Assembly: GCA_964556655.1 (NCBI GenBank)
Contig: CAZKWY010000002.1
Coordinates: forward strand, 1 to 56,460
Origin: an uncultured Candidatus Saccharibacteria bacterium
Lineage (GTDB): Bacteria > Patescibacteriota > Minisyncoccia > Portnoybacterales > UBA2143
Direction: 5' to 3'
Length of the DNA: 56,460 bases
Within the stretch, counting starts at the first letter, position 1; each line of letters opens with the position of its first letter. This document shows, in pieces, positions 1-7,521 of this stretch. The position numbers were made by a program, and so were the translations under genes. Below the pieces are notes generated by a model. It saw only the letters and a program-made list of their open reading frames with translations. It searched no databases and was not told the origin of the DNA.

Positions 1-858
1 TATTGGTTGTAGTGTTTGAGCTGAATTATTAGTTAAAGGTAATCCGAGTTTATTCCAATAATTTATTTGAAAACTTTTTGGAATAGCTGGTTTTAAAGGA
101 ATATTAAATCCATTTGTAAATACTATTCTGTAATCGCTTCTTTGAGAAAAATATTTTTTAGTGTTTTTCTCAAGAGATGCGTATTGGGTATCAAAATCCA
201 GCCAGCCAAATTGTTTTAAATATACACTTGCCCAGCCATGCTCAACTATTTTTTTTTGTTTTGGAAAAATAACAAAACCAGTATTATTTCTAGCGGGAAT
301 TTTTAAAATTCTGCACATTGCCACAAATAAACTTGAATATTCTCCGCAATCACCTTCAAGTCGTCTTAAATTTAAGTGTTTTACGCCTCTCTGTTTAACT
401 GGATAGCAGTATTTAAAATTTTTTATAACAAAATTAAAAATAGATTGAATTTTATTTAAAATATAACCATCTTTATTGATTATTTTTTTAGTTAAGTCTT
501 TTATAGCCAGGGTTTGCTCTAAAAATTTTTCGTTTTTAGTATATTGTTGAAATAATTTTGTAGAAACCGGGGGTAATGAAAATTTTTCTCTTGTTAAATT
601 AATTTTATTTTTCCACAAGGTTGCTTTAATATCAATTTTGATACTAATATCTTTTTGGTTTTTAAACTCAAAATACAAAATTTTATTTCCTTGAGCATCT
701 TTGTAACACTTCTGCGGTTTTGGTGAAATTAAAAAAGATTCTATCTTTTGTATTGTAGAATTTAACGGTTGAGCTAACCAAATTCTTATAATATTCTTGT
801 TGGGACTATTAAAATTGGCTTGATACCGAATATTAAATTTTTTTGGAGAAAATATCAT
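1..858 (-). CDS. Transglutaminase-like cysteine protease family protein (C-terminus cut by window edge)
   Basis: Absent from the ORF track because it runs off the window. My minus-strand translation from ATG (858-856) stays open to base 1. It contains LEGDCGEYSSLFVAMCRILKIPAR, EHGWASVYL and WLDFD, which is the Cys/His/Asp layout of transglutaminase-core domains. Confidence 0.7.
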   Translation of the reverse strand, partial: MIFSPKKFNIRYQANFNSPNKNIIRIWLAQPLNSTIQKIESFLISPKPQKCYKDAQGNKILYFEFKNQKDISIKIDIKATLWKNKINLTREKFSLPPVSTKLFQQYTKNEKFLEQTLAIKDLTKKIINKDGYILNKIQSIFNFVIKNFKYCYPVKQRGVKHLNLRRLEGDCGEYSSLFVAMCRILKIPARNNTGFVIFPKQKKIVEHGWASVYLKQFGWLDFDTQYASLEKNTKKYFSQRSDYRIVFTNGFNIPLKPAIPKSFQINYWNKLGLPLTNNSAQTLQPI

Positions 859-884
859 AAGTTATTTTATTTGTTTATATGGTA

Positions 885-913
885 ATTATAATAAACAATC
901 ATAATATTGTAAA
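885..913 (-). promoter_or_regulatory. Sigma-70-like promoter for the transglutaminase-like gene
   Basis: Minus strand reads TTTACA (913-908), a 17-nt spacer, then TATAAT (890-885). This sits 26 nt upstream of the ATG at 858. Confidence 0.45.
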
Positions 914-1087
914 TCTGTGCTGATTAAAGAGAAACCACTGGAAATTACTTTAATAATAGGCTATTATAATATTATAAATTGATATTTTTTATTATAAATA
1001 TTATGAGTTTTGGGCTCGGGCATTCACCCCTTTAATTCTTCTCTGCCCTTCGCTCAAAACGGAAAATCTTATTTTGCTCTATTTTAT

Positions 1088-1133
1088 AAAAAAAGAAGCC
1101 CTAGGCAGAACATTATTGTTCTGCGAAGGACTT
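1088..1133 (-). terminator. Rho-independent terminator of the 55-aa gene
   Basis: Minus strand has AAGTCCT..GCAGAACA-ATAA-TGTTCTGC..AGGGCTT (an 8-bp core stem plus an outer stem) followed by CTTTTTTTAT. It begins 12 nt after the stop at 1145. Confidence 0.55.
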
Positions 1134-1144
1134 GTGACCAGAGC

Positions 1145-1312
1145 TTACTCCTTTGCTGAATAGATATTCATGGTGCCGCTTTTGGCTTTTTTCCTAAGCA
1201 GCACTTTTTCCAGCACCTCAGACATTTGAATCATTAACTGATTCTTCTCGGTTTCCGTGAGCGGGCAATCCACACTGAGTTCGATACTATACTTATAATC
1301 TCTGTCTGCCAT
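1145..1312 (-). CDS. Hypothetical small protein (55 aa)
   Basis: Below the ORF-track size cut-off and found by reading the minus strand. GGAGGAAGTC precedes the ATG. Translation: MADRDYKYSIELSVDCPLTETEKNQLMIQMSEVLEKVLLRKKAKSGTMNIYSAKE, then TAA and a terminator hairpin. A TTGACA hexamer lies at 1382-1377. Confidence 0.5.
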   Translation of the reverse strand: MADRDYKYSIELSVDCPLTETEKNQLMIQMSEVLEKVLLRKKAKSGTMNIYSAKE

Positions 1313-1598
1313 GACTTCCTCCTTGGATTTAGGGTTATAAATTCTGACTATTAAGTACAGCAGAAAACATCACGCCTGTCAATAGCGTAGCGGCAAAAAA
1401 ATTTCAAAAGGGGTCTCATAATAAGGTAAATATTTTTGAACAAAACTCAAGCCCCGCTGCGCTCTCACTCCACTCCGTTTCGCTCGGGTTGTTTAACAAA
1501 GTGTATCTGACTTGCCCCTCGGCTTGGGGCTTACCCAGATTTTAGCTTCTTTTTTGTATCCTTTTATGATAAACTTAATATTGAGGAATACAATAGAC

Positions 1599-1843
1599 AT
1601 GCGCTATGTTTATAGTTTAAAATATAAAAACGGCTACTATTTGATTGCGCAGATAATAGTGATGATAGACTGGAGAAGCATTAGAAAGGTCATGTACCAG
1701 CAACAGCAAATCGCTTGCCAATAGAATTAGATTTCTATCTGGCGTTAAATAGTAAATATGGAGCGTTTAAATTCGAAAAATACTTAAAATCTGGCGCTGG
1801 AAGAGTATTTATTAAAAAACACCTTACAAACAAAAATGAATAA
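1599..1843 (+). pseudogene. Decayed stand-alone GIY-YIG (URI-domain) nuclease gene
   Basis: From ATG 1599 the sequence reads MRYVYSLKYKNGYYLIAQ, a GIY..YIG-like N-terminus. After a frame change it reads DNSDDRLEKH, an in-frame TAG (1682-1684), then KGHVPATANRLPIELDFYLALNSKYGAFKFEKYLKSGAGRVFIKKHL. From memory this matches the EKY[LF]KSGAGRxF[IL]KK tail of ~80-95 aa GIY-YIG proteins. At least one frameshift and one premature stop are needed. Confidence 0.5.
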
Positions 1844-2417
1844 AACAAAATTCACCATTGGGCTCATTGTAGCCATTATTGGCATCATATCTATAGCTAG
1901 CAGTATTTTTTTTGGAATTAACAATATCGGCGGCCTTTATAGGGAAATTAAAGTTTTTTCCATCAACTTTCCTAAAGAGACAGATGTCCTAAAAACAGAA
2001 CAGCTTGAATTTGAAAGCGGTCAATTATCTCTCTGGCTTAAAATGCCCAATCGACAAATTGAAAATAAAGAGTTTACTTTTTCTGTTTCATTAATAAGCG
2101 ACCGCCAAGAAAAACTAGCCAATTTTCAAGAAGATTTTAATTTTGGCTACTTTCGTCAAAGCTCAGGACAAGCTCAATACTATAAGCTAGGCGAGTATAG
2201 TGTTGAAAAACCGTTTAGCGGATATTTATCATACCAAACAACAGGATCGTGGGAACCGCCCCATAGCGGCCAATTGGCCTTGCGCCAAAGAACAAAAAAT
2301 TCGCTTTTCTCTTCTGAGCAGATAGTCTCCTTTATTGCTGGCCTTTTTCTAACAATCGTCGGCTTTAATATAACGGCCAAGAGCAAAAAAGCGGCCGAAG
2401 CTCTAGATAAAAAATAA
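1836..2417 (+). CDS. Hypothetical membrane protein (N- and C-terminal TM helices)
   Basis: ORF of 193 aa. Hydrophobic segments are FTIGLIVAIIGIISIASSIFFGI and IVSFIAGLFLTIVGF. I recognise no family motif. Confidence 0.55.
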   Translation: MNKTKFTIGLIVAIIGIISIASSIFFGINNIGGLYREIKVFSINFPKETDVLKTEQLEFESGQLSLWLKMPNRQIENKEFTFSVSLISDRQEKLANFQEDFNFGYFRQSSGQAQYYKLGEYSVEKPFSGYLSYQTTGSWEPPHSGQLALRQRTKNSLFSSEQIVSFIAGLFLTIVGFNITAKSKKAAEALDKK

Positions 2418-2574
2418 CCAATCTTGCCATGAGTTCAAAAAAAGAAAAATACGAATTACGTCGTCTTTTTAACAAAAAATAGCAATATTTCTAGAAAGGC
2501 GTTTTTGGGCTCTTTATTATTGAGGGTCTTTTATTTTTCTTTTTTTATGTTATAATATTAAAAATAGAGATTAT

Positions 2575-3537
2575 ATGAAAAAAGGAACTAAATGTTTGGT
2601 AACGGGAGGAGCAGGGTTTATTGGCAGCCATTTAGTTGAGGCGCTTTTGGGCCTCGGCTGCAAGGTGATTGTTATAGACAACTTTTTTTTAGGTCGAGAA
2701 GAAAATCTTTCTTCTGTCATTGATCATCCTTATTTAGAAATTCACCGAAAAGATGTTTGCGATAAAAAAATTGCCCCTTTATTTAAGGGAGTTTATTTCG
2801 TTTTTCATTTAGCGGCCATTCCGCCAGTTCAATATTCTATTGATTTTCCCAAAAAAACCAACAAGGTAAACATAGCAGGGACTTTGAATATTCTTAGTTG
2901 CGCCAAGAAGACAGAAGTAAAGAAATTTATTTATTCTAGCAGCGCGGCAGTTTACGGGGATAATCAAGAAATGCCTTTGTCAGAAGAAAGTAATCTTTTG
3001 CCTCTTTCTCCTTATGCTTTACAAAAAATGGCGAGTGAACATTATTGCCGTCTTTATTATTCTCTTTACGGCCTTAAGACCATTAGTTTGAGGTATTTTA
3101 ATGTTTTTGGCCCAAGACAAAATCCTAAAGGCGGCTATGCTAATCTTGTCCCTAGGTGCTTTAAGTTAGTTTTAGAAAAGAAACGGCCTGAAATATATGG
3201 TGATGGCACTCATACAAGAGATTTTATTTATGTTAAAGATATTATTCGGGCAAATCTTGCGGCAGTAGAAAACGATTCGGAAAAAATCCTCGGCCATTGT
3301 TTCAATATCGGATGCGGAGAAGATTTTTCCGTTAACAAAGTAGTTAGGCTAATTATCGGCCAAAGAAACATCAAGCCTCTTTATCGACCGCCGGTAGTGG
3401 AGCCGGAGCGTGTGTTGGCTGATATTGCCAAAGCGAAAAAGACATTGGATTGGTCTCCGCAGTATAGCTTCGAGGAAGGCCTAAAAGAAACTTCAGCTTG
3501 GGTTGAATCCGAAGAAGGTAAAAAATGCTGGCGCTGA
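2575..3537 (+). CDS. NAD-dependent sugar epimerase/dehydratase (extended SDR, GalE-like)
   Basis: Has the N-terminal Rossmann motif VTGGAGFIGSHL, the SSSAAVYG motif, and the catalytic YxxxK in SPYALQKMASE. Confidence 0.85.
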   Translation: MKKGTKCLVTGGAGFIGSHLVEALLGLGCKVIVIDNFFLGREENLSSVIDHPYLEIHRKDVCDKKIAPLFKGVYFVFHLAAIPPVQYSIDFPKKTNKVNIAGTLNILSCAKKTEVKKFIYSSSAAVYGDNQEMPLSEESNLLPLSPYALQKMASEHYCRLYYSLYGLKTISLRYFNVFGPRQNPKGGYANLVPRCFKLVLEKKRPEIYGDGTHTRDFIYVKDIIRANLAAVENDSEKILGHCFNIGCGEDFSVNKVVRLIIGQRNIKPLYRPPVVEPERVLADIAKAKKTLDWSPQYSFEEGLKETSAWVESEEGKKCWR

Positions 3538-3933
3538 TTGTTTGCTGCTCAAGATTATGATAAAATGTTTTATATGAAGTTTCTTTTTTGGGCGCCGCGA
3601 ACCTTGGCTATTTTATGCATCTTTTTTCTTGGCATTTTTGCGTTAGATATTTTTGGAGGGAATAATTCTTTTTTTGAAACAGCTTTTGCTCTTTTTTTGC
3701 ATCTTATCCCTAGTCTTGTGCTTTTTGTGGCGTTGATTATTATTTGGAGAAAGCCTCTTTTGGGCAGTGTTGTTTTCTTCTTTTTGGCTGTTTTTTTCAC
3801 TTTCTATTTTAACGCCTATCGTCATCTTATCAGCTTTTTTACCATTTCGTTTCCTCTTGCCGTAATAGGGATTCTTTTCTTTGGCGACTATTTAGCGGCT
3901 AAAAAAAGGAATAACATCGAAAAATTTTCTTAA
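3538..3933 (+). CDS. Hypothetical polytopic membrane protein
   Basis: Contains 3-4 hydrophobic helices. The track start is TTG; ATG at 3565 or 3574 is more likely. Confidence 0.55.
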   Translation: MFAAQDYDKMFYMKFLFWAPRTLAILCIFFLGIFALDIFGGNNSFFETAFALFLHLIPSLVLFVALIIIWRKPLLGSVVFFFLAVFFTFYFNAYRHLISFFTISFPLAVIGILFFGDYLAAKKRNNIEKFS

Positions 3934-3979
3934 AAAATAAATTTGTCTGGGATATGATATCCTACTGGCAGCTATTTTT

Positions 3980-6544
3980 ATGTTAGATCAAAAAAAAGGC
4001 AATCTCGAAAAACCGTCTCTAGACGGATCTCGTGGAGAAAATTTTCAAGGGACCGCAGAGAAACCTTCTTTGCCGAAGGAAGAAAATAGTTCTTCGTTTT
4101 GGCGTAGTAGAAAGCTTCTTATTCCAGTACTGGCCCTGGGCTTGATTTTTTTTGGTTGGGCTAGCTTTTGGGGTTTTAACAAACTATTTTTAAAGCCGGC
4201 ACCAGCTGATCTTTTGCCAAAAAATACTTTGTTTTACGCTTTTATCAGCCTTGATCCTGAAAGCGAGCAAATTAATAAACTAGGCAATCTGGCAGAAAAA
4301 TTTCCTCTCTATGAGGAAATAAGAACGGTATTTGATGACTGGGAAAGAAAATTTTTAAAACAGTATCTAGGAGAAGAAAGGGAACCGCTAATCCCTGAAA
4401 TTAGCGGAGGGGATTTGGTCATGGCTTCTATTAATCGCTCTGAGACAGAGGGTCAGCTTGATCCCGGCCTTGTAATAATGTATAGAAACGAAGATAAAGA
4501 AGCAGCAGAGAAAATATTCAGCAGTCTAAAAGAAGAGAAAGGGCTTGAAATAACTGAAGAAGAATATAAGGGAAGAGATATTTACACTGCTCGCTCTAAA
4601 AAGACGGGCGTTTCTTCGTCTCAGTCCCAGTTAGGAGATCTCAAAATTTTGTACTTTACGTATCTGGATGGGTATTTTGTAGGCGCAGAAAAAGCAGTTG
4701 AAATTAGAAAAATAATAGATGTCTCTAAAAATGATTTGGCCAGTCTTTCTTCTGATAAGGGCTATCAAAAAATTATTGATCAGCTGCCTAAAGACAGTTT
4801 AATTTATGGATGTTTTTCTTCGGGCTCTCAATCGTTGGACGCTTCCTATAATCTTTCAAAATATTTTGCTTCTCTGATGAAAAATGCCGACTTAAGGGCG
4901 GCCTTATCGAGTCTTTTCACTTCCGGGCGAAAAGAAGCATCATTAATTAAAAGTGGTTTTGCTGTTTGGGCGGAAGAAGACCGCTTAATCTCGGAAGTAT
5001 ACGCCTATCAACCTGGGCATATTTTATCTCAGGAGCCTTCTTTCGCTAAAGAAAAAAGTCTTGCTTATCTCTTGCCGGAAAAAGTTAATGGCCGCTATAT
5101 AGATTTTTACAGAGAGGATATTAATTTAAAAGAACTTTTCCTTTCTCTTGAAGAAAATAAAAATTTTTCCATAATTTATTTTTTGGTTTCGCGGAAAGAG
5201 ATGCTTTCAATAGATCAAAAGACTAGCCCTTACGACGAATTTAATATTTTTTTAGGGCTTGATTTGGAAAAAGATTTAATTCCTTTCGCTAATAAAAATT
5301 ATGCCTTATTCGTAGCGCCGAGCTTTATCAGAGAAAAACCAGAAATAGGTTTTATTGCCGAAGTAACAAGCCCAGGAAAAGTAGAAGAGAATTTATCCCA
5401 AATGAAGCTTAACTTTGAAGATTTTTTGGCTTTTGGATTCTTCGACAAGCATTCTTTCGAAGAAGCGCTTATCAAGCCAATCCCTTTTGTCAGAGAGGCT
5501 TATCAAGAAATTAATATTTATTCTCCTGATCTTTCTGTCCCAACCTCCTCGTCATTTTTTGCCAGCTATCCTGGCGAATTAATGTTATTCAGCTTTGCTT
5601 TAAAAGACGATAAGCTTATTGTCAGCTCAACTAAAAAAGGAGTGGAAGATATTATCAGCAGTTTAAATAATCCATCTCTTGTTAAAGCGGCGGACAATAT
5701 TTATTTCAAAGAACAGTTAGATAATTTGCCTGGCGAAGTTCAATCGTTTAATTATAGTTATTTTTACGGCATATGGGGGGTTGTTGAATACATTTTTTCT
5801 GAAACTATTCAAACAATGTCAGAAATGTTTGCTGTTTCCACAGAAGGACAAGGCGAAAATGACGAGCTTATGAACTTATTTGAAGACCTGGCAAGTCCCT
5901 TTCTTAAGACAGTCAAATCTTCACTGGGTTATGCCATCTCTGAAGGCGACCTTCAAAAAAGTCGCCAGGCACTTCTAATAGAGGAACTGTCGGAAGCAGA
6001 AAAAAGAAAATCAAAAGAAGCATTGGAAAAAATTAAAGGAGAAATTCTTGGCGTCTTACCGTCATCAGCCCCGATTCAGGGCCAACTATCTTCAGGCCAG
6101 ACAGACCAAGGCCAAAGCTTGACGGGGGACATAGGCGAGAAAAGTGAAATTGCTGAGGTTTATGACAGATATCTTGAAGCAGAAGTGAATTGCGATATAG
6201 AAACAGCTAATTCTTTAATTGCTGAGCGGTCAAAAGAAATCGTTAACTTTACTTGTTCTAATATGGCTAGCGAAGCTAGGTGCTATCTCGGTCGCAGCTA
6301 TCAGATCAAGGTTAAAGAAAACCAGGCGGTACTTTATTTAGCTCCTTTTAGCTTTCAAAAAGAGAATCCTTTTTTCTTTACCAAGGAGAATGGAAAATGG
6401 AAACTTGATTTTTACCGCATGGCTTACGGCATGGCTATGAGTGGCAATGGCTGCGACAGCGGCTGGGTTTGGACAAATCCTGCTCTTCAAGAAGAATTTT
6501 GCGGATATTTTTCCGAGGAAGTATGCCCTGATCCGAGTTACTAA
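3980..6544 (+). CDS. Large membrane-anchored hypothetical protein (854 aa)
   Basis: Long uninterrupted ORF with one N-terminal TM helix (LLIPVLALGLIFFGWASFWGF). The C-terminal ~130 aa are Cys-rich. I cannot name a catalytic motif. Confidence 0.65.
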   Translation: MLDQKKGNLEKPSLDGSRGENFQGTAEKPSLPKEENSSSFWRSRKLLIPVLALGLIFFGWASFWGFNKLFLKPAPADLLPKNTLFYAFISLDPESEQINKLGNLAEKFPLYEEIRTVFDDWERKFLKQYLGEEREPLIPEISGGDLVMASINRSETEGQLDPGLVIMYRNEDKEAAEKIFSSLKEEKGLEITEEEYKGRDIYTARSKKTGVSSSQSQLGDLKILYFTYLDGYFVGAEKAVEIRKIIDVSKNDLASLSSDKGYQKIIDQLPKDSLIYGCFSSGSQSLDASYNLSKYFASLMKNADLRAALSSLFTSGRKEASLIKSGFAVWAEEDRLISEVYAYQPGHILSQEPSFAKEKSLAYLLPEKVNGRYIDFYREDINLKELFLSLEENKNFSIIYFLVSRKEMLSIDQKTSPYDEFNIFLGLDLEKDLIPFANKNYALFVAPSFIREKPEIGFIAEVTSPGKVEENLSQMKLNFEDFLAFGFFDKHSFEEALIKPIPFVREAYQEINIYSPDLSVPTSSSFFASYPGELMLFSFALKDDKLIVSSTKKGVEDIISSLNNPSLVKAADNIYFKEQLDNLPGEVQSFNYSYFYGIWGVVEYIFSETIQTMSEMFAVSTEGQGENDELMNLFEDLASPFLKTVKSSLGYAISEGDLQKSRQALLIEELSEAEKRKSKEALEKIKGEILGVLPSSAPIQGQLSSGQTDQGQSLTGDIGEKSEIAEVYDRYLEAEVNCDIETANSLIAERSKEIVNFTCSNMASEARCYLGRSYQIKVKENQAVLYLAPFSFQKENPFFFTKENGKWKLDFYRMAYGMAMSGNGCDSGWVWTNPALQEEFCGYFSEEVCPDPSY

Positions 6545-6559
6545 GGAAATTAAAATATT

Positions 6560-7461
6560 ATGAAAAAATATTTTTTTATTTTTTTATCGTTATTTTTTGT
6601 TTTGGGGATAGCTCAAACAGCGCGCGCTGAAGAATATTATTACGATAGCATTGAAGTAGAGATAAAGGTTAATTCCGACAGCACTTTTGAAGTTTCGGAA
6701 AAGCAGACATATTTTTTAAATGGCAGTTTCGGTTATTTTTATCGAGATATTGGATTAAAAAGATTAGATCATATTTCTGACGTAATTGTTTTTGACAGCC
6801 AAGGTAGAAAGCTGGACCGGGACGAACACGATATTTTCTATAAAGGAGAGCGTCTTAATATTAAATGGGATTTTCCAAGAAGAAATTTTGATCGAGAGCT
6901 AAAATCATGGACAGTGAAATATAAAGTTCATGGAGGATTGGGATTTTATGATAAGCACGAGGAGCTTTATTGGAACGCTATTTTTGCCGACCGAGAGGCA
7001 ATAGTGGCATCAGCAAAAATAACAGTTATTTTGCCCCAAGAAACAGAAATAATTGACCAGTTGATGTTTGTCGGACCGGAAGGGGAGCAGAGGAAAGATG
7101 GAAATGGCTTGGTTTCAAAGAGTATCTGCATACTGCTGAAAGGTTCAGGCTAGGGGCAGAAACAGTAGAGACTTTTTCAAAATATTTGCCTTACGCTATA
7201 ATTTTTGGCGTAGAAAAAGAATGGGCTGATCGTTTTGCCGATCTTAATTATCAAGTTCCTAATTGGTATATTCCTGCTAATGTTCGCTATGGCGGAAGAG
7301 TTGGCGAAGGGGCTGCTTCTTTTTCCGGTATCACTTCGGGCATTTCTTCATTCTCTTCATCTGTTTCCAGCACTTTTTCCTCTTCGCCGGGTGGTTCTGG
7401 CGCTGGCGGAGGAGGGGGAGCTGGCGGTGGAAGCGGCGGAGGCGGCGGAGGAGCTGGCTAA
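6560..7461 (+). pseudogene. DUF2207-like membrane protein gene, frameshifted and internally shortened
   Basis: ORF 6560-7153 has a signal peptide plus the YYYDSIEVEIKVNSDSTFEV..GSFGYFYRDI N-domain. A second frame, open from 7057, reads KWLGFKEYLHTAERFRLGAETVETFSKYLPYAIIFGVEKEWADRF followed by a Gly-rich tail. These are the conserved C-terminal motifs of the same family. The two frames meet near 7098-7102. Confidence 0.6.
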
Positions 7462-7521
7462 TCTTCTTTTAGAAGGCTGGTTGAAGATATAATTTTTTGA
7501 TAAACTAAATGACATAAAAAT

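Noticed and set aside
161-406. 81-aa plus-strand ORF from the track
   Set aside because: It lies entirely antisense to a minus-strand reading frame that carries a clear transglutaminase Cys/His/Asp signature. Its composition is low-complexity and AT-driven.
1512-1724. 70-aa ORF from the track
   Set aside because: It is not an intact gene. Its middle coincides with the N-terminal piece of the frameshifted GIY-YIG pseudogene, and the remainder is read-through of non-coding sequence.
7380-7461. GGN-rich stretch as a tandem DNA repeat or satellite
   Set aside because: It is the coding sequence of the Gly/Ser-rich tail typical of DUF2207-family C-termini. The repeats are imperfect and in frame.
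7235-7492. 85-aa ORF overlapping the Gly-rich tail region in another frame
   Set aside because: It is an alternative frame of the GC-rich Gly/Ser-coding tail of the DUF2207-like gene. It has no start context and no motif.
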